Origin: Humidesulfovibrio sp.
GTDB lineage: Bacteria > Desulfobacterota > Desulfovibrionia > Desulfovibrionales > Desulfovibrionaceae
DNA: 58,106 nucleotides
Direction of reading: 5' to 3'
Assembly (NCBI RefSeq): GCF_035560995.1
Contig: NZ_DATMYK010000186.1
Location: 1-58,106 of the forward strand
The notes below the pieces were generated by a model. It was not told the origin of the DNA and ran no database searches. It was given only the letters and a program-made list of their open reading frames with translations. The first letter of the stretch is position 1; the number at the start of each line of letters is the position of its first letter. Positions 1 to 7,010 of the stretch are shown here, one piece after another. Position numbers and translations under genes: made by a program.

Positions 1-534
1 ATCTTGATTTGCACCTAGCTGACTTTTAGAAAAAGCATATGCTTCTGTGTATTTTTTTTGCAAGATTAGCCCAAGTGCAAAATTCGAAATAGCCTTCGGC
101 TCATTCTTTGCGAACCCATATGCCTCTAAAAGCATTTTAGCAGCAACTTCGATTCTTCCTAACAGCAAATTGCATATTCCACGGTTCGCAATTATTCTAA
201 AAATGATTCTCTTTGGTGCACTTTCTGCAATTTTTTCGTAAAGATCATCAAGCATGCCAAGTGCTGATTTTGCTTTTCTACGCTTTATAATCTCACATAT
301 TCTATCGATCTCTTTGTCTAAATGTGCTTCACTTGCTGGACATGCTGTTTCATCACTAGGCATATTGGCAGCACAGTATTGTGCTACGGCCTCACCGACA
401 ATTGCTTTTATTTGCTCTTCACTCGGACCTTGGGTGATACTTATCGGACCGTCGTTGTCTCCGCCAACCGCAACACTACAGCCTGTGGCAGTTACTTCAG
501 TTCTATCGACGATCTTTTTGAACAGGGTTCCCAT
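1..534 (-). CDS. TPR-like helical repeat protein, N-terminal 178 aa only (runs off window), with N-terminal amyloid-like motif
   Basis: Not in ORF track because there is no stop in the window. Manual translation from ATG 534 is open to base 1: MGTLFKKIVDRTEVTATGCSVAVGGDNDGPISITQG...LDKEIDRICEIIKRRKAKSALGMLDDL...RIIANRGICNLLLGRIEVAAKMLLEAYGFAKNEPKAISNFALGLILQKKYTEAYAF. TPR-like helix pairs; ATG lies 2 nt after the upstream TAG. Confidence 0.85.
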   Translation of the reverse strand, partial: MGTLFKKIVDRTEVTATGCSVAVGGDNDGPISITQGPSEEQIKAIVGEAVAQYCAANMPSDETACPASEAHLDKEIDRICEIIKRRKAKSALGMLDDLYEKIAESAPKRIIFRIIANRGICNLLLGRIEVAAKMLLEAYGFAKNEPKAISNFALGLILQKKYTEAYAFSKSQLGANQD

Positions 535-536
535 AT

Positions 537-788
537 CTACCAACGCATGCCGATATATAAGCTTATGAGCGAAGCTAGCCCAGTAACTATCGACCACACA
601 TCGAACAAACCGGAAAACTCACCTCTATTTCCGGATGTCACTATTTTAATATTTCCGCTATTGTTTCCACCAATTGCAACACTACTATTTCTTGCAATTA
701 CTTTTCGTTGGTTGTTGTTCCTCAACAACCTCATCACAAAAATCAACAATGTCACAGCGGAAATCACTCTCCAATAGAACACATCCAT
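537..788 (-). CDS. 83-aa small membrane protein: hydrophobic helix - G/N-rich motif - hydrophobic helix
   Basis: GGGAGAGGGG RBS-like sequence upstream; two hydrophobic segments (about residues 3-22 and 61-81) flank VIARNSSVAIGGNNSGNIKIV; coupled to the downstream gene (TAG-AT-ATG). Confidence 0.8.
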   Translation of the reverse strand: MDVFYWRVISAVTLLIFVMRLLRNNNQRKVIARNSSVAIGGNNSGNIKIVTSGNRGEFSGLFDVWSIVTGLASLISLYIGMRW

Positions 789-977
789 ACTCGCCCCTCT
801 CCCATTCGCATTAACATCTTTTGATGGTAGTCAACTTCTTCCCATTATATAGGACAAAAATCAGACTCTCCAGATATCGATCACTTACTTTCAATTCTCC
901 CCCCTAGGGGGGGGTAGACATTCATCTTCTTTATACCCTTGCCTGTCAATCTTTGCTAGCTATACAGCGGCCGGTCA

Positions 978-1106
978 AGTCCCACAACGTAAACCTTTCG
1001 CTACACATAGCCTGAGCCAGGGAAGCCGCTGTCCGCCGTGTAACATAACCTCGCCACTGACAAAATTGACACGCTTTCGCGTATTGTCTAAGATCTTTCG
1101 TGACAC
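978..1106. promoter_or_regulatory. Putative res site (resolvase binding subsites)
   Basis: Repeated half-site CTTTCGnnACAC at 995-1006 and 1095-1106, plus TGT...ACA-bounded segments, directly upstream of a serine resolvase; base composition switches at its left edge. Confidence 0.35.
1066..1094 (+). promoter_or_regulatory. Sigma70 promoter of resolvase
   Basis: TTGACA (1066-1071), 17-bp spacer, TAAGAT (1089-1094). Confidence 0.75.
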
Positions 1107-1139
1107 CACCGGCGACACCATCACGAGGAGGGCCAGGAC

Positions 1140-1700
1140 ATGGCGAACATCGGGTACGTGCGAGTCAGCACCACGGACCAGAAGACGGACAGGCAGCTTG
1201 AGGGCGTGGCCCTGGACAAGGTCTTCGAGGACAAAGCCAGCGCGGCGGACGCTGCCAGGCCCCAGCTCCTGCTCTGCCTGGACTACGTGCGCGAAGGCGA
1301 CACCTTGCACGTCCACTCCATCGACAGGCTGGCACGCAACCTCCAAGACCTCCTGCGCCTCCTGGGGCAGCTCACGAGCAAGGGCGTGACGGTCCAGTTC
1401 CTCAAGGAGCGGCTGACCTTCTCCGGGCAGGATGATCCCTTCCAACGGCTTCAGCTTCAGATCATCGGGGCCGTGGCCGAGTTCGAGCGGGCGCTCATCA
1501 AGGAACGCCAGCGGGAAGGCATCGCCAAGGCCAAGAGCCAAGGCAAGCACCTGGGCCGGGAGCGGAAGCTCACCCCGGAGGATGAGCGCACCCTCAAAGC
1601 GCGGGCGGAGGCTGGCGAAGAGAAGAAGGCCCTGGCCCAGGAGTTCGGAGTCAGCAGGCAGACCCTGTATCGCATCCTTGGACGTGAAGTGCGTTGTTAG
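1140..1700 (+). CDS. Small serine recombinase (resolvase/invertase family)
   Basis: GYVRVST catalytic Ser motif, SIDRLAR, ERQREGI, C-terminal HTH (GVSRQTLYR); GAGGAG RBS. Confidence 0.97.
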   Translation: MANIGYVRVSTTDQKTDRQLEGVALDKVFEDKASAADAARPQLLLCLDYVREGDTLHVHSIDRLARNLQDLLRLLGQLTSKGVTVQFLKERLTFSGQDDPFQRLQLQIIGAVAEFERALIKERQREGIAKAKSQGKHLGRERKLTPEDERTLKARAEAGEEKKALAQEFGVSRQTLYRILGREVRC

Positions 1701-1734
1701 CCTACTCTCCCAGGGGATCATTCAAGATTTTGTC

Positions 1735-2379
1735 GAATTAGTGGACACTTACTAGGAAACAGGGGCTGGGCTGAAGAACATTTGGCTCGTCGCCAACCGC
1801 AGGAAGGAGAGAGGGTCATTACATCATATATTTTAGCGTGTTGAGCGGCAAGCTTGAATTAACCGACACTACAGGAATACCCACGCCGAATTGAGGAGCC
1901 GTCTCCTCACTGCCGTTGTCGCTCACGTGCGAAGAGAGCAACGCGGTTGCACTTAGGCCATAGGCATTCCGCCCCGGCCTGTTTTTCCATTTTTATTTTT
2001 GTTTTCTGCTGGTTGAGAATTAGGGGACACCTACGGAAAGGGCAGGCGTGTTTTTGCCCGATGTGGCGGCTCAAAGTGGTTAGTGCAATCAGGAAAGGGT
2101 AAGATCTTGGATATGCCGTTCTGCCACATGACGGTATGCGAAATTTTCTCAACCATTTCAGCGAACACGAATTAACGGACACTACAGGAACAACAGGATT
2201 GGCTGCACAGAAAACAAGGCATCATACTGCCTCTTCACGTGCCACTATCAGGATTCTACTCACCGAACACTGCGGGAGAATTCAATGTACATATAACAAC
2301 AACAAAATATCCGCAGATCACCCTACTCTCCCTAGTGTTGCGGCCAGATCGGACCGAATTACCGGCCACCTAGAGGAAG
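1735..2379 (+). repeat. Array of five degenerate 23-bp direct repeats resembling T7-group phage RNAP promoters
   Basis: 1736 AATTAGTGGACACTTAC-TAGGAA; 1857 AATTAACCGACACTACA-GGAATA; 2018 AATTAGGGGACACCTAC-GGAAAG; 2170 AATTAACGGACACTACA-GGAACA; 2357 AATTACCGGCCACCTAG-AGGAAG. Each is preceded by G. Start-to-start spacing 121, 161, 152, 187 bp. Confidence 0.85.
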
Positions 2380-2534
2380 AGACAGGGACAAGATGACACA
2401 TCTCATGAGCAGCTGGTGACGGGTGTCTACGGCATCCCACGAGCAAGCCCAGGCAAGCTGACAAGTCCCCATAATTCCCCAGGCAGGATCACGCGTACCC
2501 CGCTGAACCTCTCCCCACTTCTCCCCTCTTTCAG

Positions 2535-2574
2535 GAGGCCCCTTGGCGACGTGCTGAGGGGCCTCTTTTCATTT
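2535..2574 (+). terminator. Intrinsic terminator
   Basis: GAGGCCCCTTGGC-gacgt-GCTGAGGGGCCTC stem (13 bp, two G-U pairs) followed by TTTTCATTT. Confidence 0.75.
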
Positions 2575-2619
2575 GTGGCCCTGAGTATCTGTATCAAATC
2601 AAACCCTAACGAGGATTCC

Positions 2620-2832
2620 ATGAAACACAGGAAGCACGGCAAAACGCCGTGCGAAATCAAGTCAGTCACCATGTCGGCAGAGGAACAGCGCCAACTCGAC
2701 GCCATCCGTGAGCGGTTCCACGACGGAAGCATCAACCAGATGCCCTCGCGGTCGCTCATGTTGGCGGTGTTGGTGGATTGGGCATTCAAACACGGCTTCG
2801 GGCCGAAAAACACAGAGGTTCATCATGGATAA
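2620..2832 (+). CDS. 70-aa ribbon-helix-helix (CopG-like) DNA-binding protein, putative
   Basis: ATG 2620 with GAGGA RBS; IKSVTM strand, SAEEQRQLDAIRERF helix, SRSLMLAVLVDW helix; overlaps the next start. Confidence 0.6.
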   Translation: MKHRKHGKTPCEIKSVTMSAEEQRQLDAIRERFHDGSINQMPSRSLMLAVLVDWAFKHGFGPKNTEVHHG

Positions 2833-3127
2833 TGCGATTGCGAATGCGTTCAACGACGAGCACACCAGACACGAACAGGCCCTTTCGGCTCTTATGGCCT
2901 TGGAAGAGGCCTGCGCCAGTCCCAGCAAGCGAATCATACTGGAGGGGCTTGGAAACTACCTCTCATCGTGGAAGCAGATGTATATCGGAAGGTTTGAGGA
3001 CATGCAGCGCTTTCAGTACGACCTTAATCGTTATCTCGAAGCCATGGCGAAAGAACTAGGGGCCGATATCAGCAATCTTCCTGAGTGCCCTGGCGTGGAG
3101 CGGGAGTTCCTGAATGACCTTTGCTGA
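2825..3127 (+). CDS. Hypothetical protein (100 aa, helical)
   Basis: ATG 2825 with GAGGT RBS; overlaps both neighbours. Confidence 0.65.
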   Translation: MDNAIANAFNDEHTRHEQALSALMALEEACASPSKRIILEGLGNYLSSWKQMYIGRFEDMQRFQYDLNRYLEAMAKELGADISNLPECPGVEREFLNDLC

Positions 3128-4109
3128 TTCCGCCTTCCGTATCCCCTGCATCGGCGACATCCTCGACCACGAGTTCCCTCCCCGTGGAGACCTCGTGGCG
3201 CCCTGGCTCAAGGAGGGCGAAAGCGCTCTGATCTACGCTGCTCCTGGCGTGGGCAAGTCCATGTTCGCCCTCTCGCTGGCCCTGGCGGTGGCCGGTGGTG
3301 GTAAGTACCTGGATTGGGAGACTCCCAAGCCTTACCGGGTGCTGTTCGTGGACGGCGAGATGCCCATGGACACCATCAAGGAGCGCACGGAGCTGCTACT
3401 CAAAGCCTTGCCCGGCATCGACCAGGAGCTGATCCGACAGAACCTGCACGTCTTTGCCCGGCAGTTCCAAGACGCCTCAGTGACCTTCCCCAACCTCGCG
3501 ACCACCGAAGGACAGGCCGAACTGGAGCGCCAGGCCGTGGGCTATGACCTCGTGATCCTGGACAACCTGTCGACCCTCGCCAATGTGGAGGACGAGAACG
3601 CCTCCAAGGCCTTCCAGCCCATCGTGGGCTTCCTCATGCGCATGAAGCAGCTCGGGCAGGCCTGCATCCTCATCCACCACTCTGGCAAGAAAGCCTCGAC
3701 CTACCGAGGGTCATCCATGCTGGCGACCACCTTCGAGGTGATCCTGGGCCTGGAGAAGCTCACCGGACTGAAGGCTGCCCACGGTACTGCGTTCCAGATC
3801 AAGTGGGACAAGCTCAGGGCCAAGCCCGATGAGCGGATCAAGTCGTGGGAGGTCTGGATGGATGAGGATCGTTGGGAGTTCGAGGCTGCGGCCAGCGAGG
3901 AGGTCGACCTCCTGCTCGAGGCCCTCAGGAGCGGCAAGTACGTGAACCAGAAGGAGCTGGCCGAGGCCCTCAAGTGGGACGAATCCAAGGTGACAAGGAC
4001 CAAGGCAAAGGCCATCGCCACTGGAGCGATCGACACGAAGCAGTGGGGGACCGCCTTTGGCCGAGCCAAGGATGCCCGTACTGAAACCATAAAGGAGGGA
4101 GACTTCTAG
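3114..4109 (+). CDS. RepA-like / AAA_25 (RecA-fold SF4-type) helicase-ATPase with C-terminal HTH
   Basis: Walker A APGVGKS, VLFVDGEM, Walker B LVILDNLS, LIHHSGK, RGSS motif; C-terminal NQKELAEALKWDESKVTR HTH-like segment. Confidence 0.88.
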   Translation: MTFADSAFRIPCIGDILDHEFPPRGDLVAPWLKEGESALIYAAPGVGKSMFALSLALAVAGGGKYLDWETPKPYRVLFVDGEMPMDTIKERTELLLKALPGIDQELIRQNLHVFARQFQDASVTFPNLATTEGQAELERQAVGYDLVILDNLSTLANVEDENASKAFQPIVGFLMRMKQLGQACILIHHSGKKASTYRGSSMLATTFEVILGLEKLTGLKAAHGTAFQIKWDKLRAKPDERIKSWEVWMDEDRWEFEAAASEEVDLLLEALRSGKYVNQKELAEALKWDESKVTRTKAKAIATGAIDTKQWGTAFGRAKDARTETIKEGDF

Positions 4110-4170
4110 CTGCACACAGATCCAGGTGGTAGACCTTTGGTCTCCCCCTGTCTTTTAGGTCCAAGCTGAA

Positions 4171-4211
4171 ATTGCAGATTGTAGCATCCTAGTGTGCCTG
4201 CAATCCACAAT
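4171..4211. repeat. Paired inverted heptamers, possible Rep binding site or origin
   Basis: ATTGCAG-ATTGTAG, 13-bp spacer, CTGCAAT-CCACAAT directly downstream of the helicase gene. Confidence 0.4.
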
Positions 4212-4306
4212 TCGGCAAGCAGGCTCGGCAGGGGCACGCGAGGGCGGTCGGCGAAAGCTGGCCGCCTTCGTGTTTTTAGGAACCAGCAACCGTGAGGAGA
4301 AACGAG

Positions 4307-4507
4307 ATGATGTTGGACTACGCCACTGCGATGGAGACGCTGAGAAGGGAGGGCTACGAGGTCCGCTGGGAGATGGTGGACGGGGAGCTTCTGGAGGTGA
4401 TCCCCATGGATGCGGTCTTCAGGCTCTGCGATCTGACGGGGACGCCCAAGGCCGCGAGACTCAAGGCCGCAATCAAGAAGCAGTTCTGCGGCAAGAAGAA
4501 GCGCTAG
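4307..4507 (+). CDS. Hypothetical protein (66 aa, basic C-terminus)
   Basis: GAGGAG RBS 7 nt before ATG 4307. Confidence 0.6.
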   Translation: MMLDYATAMETLRREGYEVRWEMVDGELLEVIPMDAVFRLCDLTGTPKAARLKAAIKKQFCGKKKR

Positions 4508-4583
4508 GGAGCCGCTCCATGAATGGCTGTGGCTTGTGTACGCCCGATCCTGGGCGATGAACCTGTAACGACGAGAGGAAGTT

Positions 4584-4838
4584 ATGAGCAAGAAGAACAT
4601 GAAGCATGTGGACTTGATGAGCCTTGGCGGTGGCAGTGCTGTGGATCAGGTGAAGCACCTGCTCGACATGATCATGGAAGTGTCCTGCAACACGAATGGC
4701 TGCAAGGCGCAGATGAAGATCATCCGGGCGATGGAAGATGCCCTTCAGGTGATGACAGAAGCGTACATCCCCTGCATCGGCTGCGACTGCCTCCCGGAGG
4801 ATATCCGTCCCTCATTCTGCGGGGTCATCAGGCCGTAG
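4584..4838 (+). CDS. Hypothetical Cys-rich protein (84 aa)
   Basis: GAGAGG RBS; six Cys (CNTNGC, CIGCDC, distal C). Confidence 0.6.
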   Translation: MSKKNMKHVDLMSLGGGSAVDQVKHLLDMIMEVSCNTNGCKAQMKIIRAMEDALQVMTEAYIPCIGCDCLPEDIRPSFCGVIRP

Positions 4839-4938
4839 GTCCGGGCCGCGACTGGCACTGGGAAGGGGCTGGGGGAGCGATCCTCCGGCCCTTTCCCGTC
4901 GGATTCTTCTCACATGGTAGAACAATCTCCTGAAATAG

Positions 4939-4968
4939 TTGACCAATGGGCCGTATCTTGAGTAAGTT
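4939..4968 (+). promoter_or_regulatory. Possible sigma70 promoter of integrase
   Basis: TTGACC, 18-bp spacer, TAAGTT. Confidence 0.35.
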
Positions 4969-5029
4969 TGATGGTCGCATTGCCTGCTTGATTGATGACC
5001 TTCAGCACCCCAAACGGAGAGGTGATTTG

Positions 5030-6163
5030 ATGGAACTCCCCAGAGGAATTAGGCGACGCAACCAGGGCTATTTGGTGGATGTGAGTTACAAAGGACGTCG
5101 TGTCACGGCGACATGCTATACTCTTCAGGAAGCAACGGTTCGACAGCAAGAGATCAGGGCAGAACTGCGTCGGACCGATCGAAAACCAAAGGCCGTTAAG
5201 GAGGTGATAGCCTCTAAATACTGGCTCCTTGGCAAGGCCGTTGAGGTGACCCGCTCGTCGCACTGGGCGGGTATGCGGAGCGAACTGACGGCAGCGTTGA
5301 ATAGCCAGATTCTGCTGGACTACTTCGGGACAAATTGTCCCTTATCCAAGATCAATGCTGTTGCGATAGACCGATTCGTCGCCCACTGCATGGAGCAAGG
5401 CAACTCGGATGCCACCATCAACCGCAAGCTGTCCTGCCTGCGGAAAGTGATGCAGGTGGCTCACGACAGAGGCGGCTGCCCGGTGATTCCCAAAGTCCCA
5501 AAGCGTAAAGAGTATCAGGGGAGGGTCCGGTTCCTCGATGCAGGAGAGGAGGCTGCGCTCGTTGGCTTGCTCCGCAGGTGGAGCCGGGACGAGGAAGCTG
5601 ACGCCGTGGTGGTCCTGATCGACACCGGCATGCGCTATGGCGAGTTCACCAGCATCACCCGGCGCGACATCGACACACAGCAGGGGCTGATTTCGGTGTG
5701 GGTCAACAAAGGCGATCTGCCACGCTCAGTGCCCATGACTGCTCGCGTCAGAGAGGTGGTCGAGAAACGGATCGCTCTGACGACGAACGCCACGGACCGG
5801 CTCTTCCCATACCCCAAAGGATGGCTCCGAAAGGTTTGGGATCGTGCCGCCGACATCCTGGGGCTAGGGGAGGATAAACAATTCGTGCCCCACGCCTTGC
5901 GTCATACCTGCGCATCAAGGCTGGTGCAGAGAGGAGTACCGCTGAAGGTCGTTCAGGAGTGGCTGGGGCATAAGGACATCACAACGACCATGCGCTATGC
6001 CCACCTCTCGCCAAGGAACCTGCTTGAAGCTGTGCATGCCCTTGAGCCTGAGGGATCAAATCAATCCCCCACCATCAAGCCGCAAGGCCTAAAAGCGAAG
6101 GATGGCCAAACTGTCAGCCCCACAAAGCGCCGAGTCCGAGTCAGGCCCGTCAGAAGGGCTTAA
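5030..6163 (+). CDS. int: Tyrosine recombinase / phage integrase
   Basis: ATG 5030 with GAGGTG RBS; catalytic TGMR, NKG, HALRH, LGH, MRYAH; N-terminal arm-binding-like beta domain (GIRRRNQGYLVDVSYKGRRV). Confidence 0.96.
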   Translation: MELPRGIRRRNQGYLVDVSYKGRRVTATCYTLQEATVRQQEIRAELRRTDRKPKAVKEVIASKYWLLGKAVEVTRSSHWAGMRSELTAALNSQILLDYFGTNCPLSKINAVAIDRFVAHCMEQGNSDATINRKLSCLRKVMQVAHDRGGCPVIPKVPKRKEYQGRVRFLDAGEEAALVGLLRRWSRDEEADAVVVLIDTGMRYGEFTSITRRDIDTQQGLISVWVNKGDLPRSVPMTARVREVVEKRIALTTNATDRLFPYPKGWLRKVWDRAADILGLGEDKQFVPHALRHTCASRLVQRGVPLKVVQEWLGHKDITTTMRYAHLSPRNLLEAVHALEPEGSNQSPTIKPQGLKAKDGQTVSPTKRRVRVRPVRRA

Positions 6164-6240
6164 CAGGCCTCCTGACTAGGTTAATAGTCATGCCCAGCGC
6201 CCCGGCCACTTAAACCATCCCCCTACCTCAGAGCCATCCA

Positions 6241-6279
6241 GACGCCGTTTCCCAGCACAGGGAGGCGGCGTTTTCTTTT
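6241..6279 (+). terminator. Intrinsic terminator after integrase
   Basis: GACGCCGTTTCCC-agcaca-GGGAGGCGGCGTT stem followed by TTCTTTT. Confidence 0.7.
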
Positions 6280-6379
6280 GCTCTTACCACGGCCGCCCCA
6301 TCCGATCGATGCGTTCCGCCAGAGGCAGCCACTTGCCTTTCAGGCGCTCCAACCAACCGAAACCAATAGGAGATAATCC

Positions 6380-6586
6380 GTGCAAGACGTTTCAACAAAC
6401 ACGCTCCCGGCCACAGGCTTTTTGCGCCTCCCGGCGGTGCTTAACCTCATTCCCGTCGCTCGCTCGACCTGGTGGGCTGGGGTCAAGTCGGGCCGCTACC
6501 CCAAGCCAGTGAAGCTGGGGCCTCGCATGTCGGCTTGGCGAGCAGAGGATGTCCGGTCCCTCATCGCCAGCTTTGGCCCCCAGTAA
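6380..6586 (+). CDS. alpA: AlpA-family regulator / recombination directionality factor
   Basis: GFLRLPAVL...RSTWWAGVKSGRYPKPVKLGPRMSAWRAEDV signature; GTG start with AGGAG RBS. Confidence 0.9.
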   Translation: MQDVSTNTLPATGFLRLPAVLNLIPVARSTWWAGVKSGRYPKPVKLGPRMSAWRAEDVRSLIASFGPQ

Positions 6587-6596
6587 AGGGGAGCAC

Positions 6597-7010
6597 ATGA
6601 GCAAATCAACTGACCGAATCCCGTTCACAGGGAAGCGCCTCACCCCCCGTGAAGCTATCCGCACCCACTGTCGCGAGTGCAACGGCGGAGGCCCGAAAAC
6701 GTGCCCTGTGCCGTCCTGTCCGCTCTTTCCATTTCGCATGTCGTTGGTGCCTGCTAATGTGGGCACCACTCCACTCCGAGCCATCCGCGCTCGCTGTCTC
6801 GACTGTGCCGGAACATCTGAAGGGGTCCGTGCCTGTCGGGCACGTAAGCCATTCTTGGATATCCCGGCGTGTGCGATCTGGACGCACAGGACAGGAAAGC
6901 GCCAAGTGACACGGGAGTATCGGGAGGCGCGCAGGTCTCAGGCAAATACGCAGCGCAGAGAGCCCGGCTCAAGGGGTACCTTCGCTCCACGGGACAAAGC
7001 CGAGGAGTAG
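6597..7010 (+). CDS. Hypothetical protein with two tandem Cys4 (zinc-finger-like) repeats
   Basis: TPREAIRTHCRECNGG..C....CPLFPFR and TPLRAIRARCLDCAG...C...CAIWTHR; GGGGAG RBS before ATG 6597. Confidence 0.75.
   Translation: MSKSTDRIPFTGKRLTPREAIRTHCRECNGGGPKTCPVPSCPLFPFRMSLVPANVGTTPLRAIRARCLDCAGTSEGVRACRARKPFLDIPACAIWTHRTGKRQVTREYREARRSQANTQRREPGSRGTFAPRDKAEE

Noticed and set aside
47-777. Plus-strand ORFs 47-241, 254-568 and 322-777
   Set aside because: Shadows of the two minus-strand genes, which have an RBS, translational coupling and a shared motif.
899-912. CCCCCCTAGGGGGG palindrome
   Set aside because: Homopolymer-based with no supporting context.
2278-2301. Sixth promoter-like copy GAATTCAATGTACATATA-ACAACA
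   Set aside because: Has GAATT and a -4..-1 TATA but lacks the in-register CAC and the GGAA start; too weak to count.
1735-2379. CRISPR array interpretation of the five repeats
   Set aside because: Repeats are degenerate and non-palindromic, spacers are about 100-165 bp and uneven, and no cas genes are present.
1907-2396. ORFs 1907-2182 (-) and 2136-2396 (+) inside the array
   Set aside because: No convincing RBS or recognisable protein features; treated as non-coding, though short peptides cannot be excluded.
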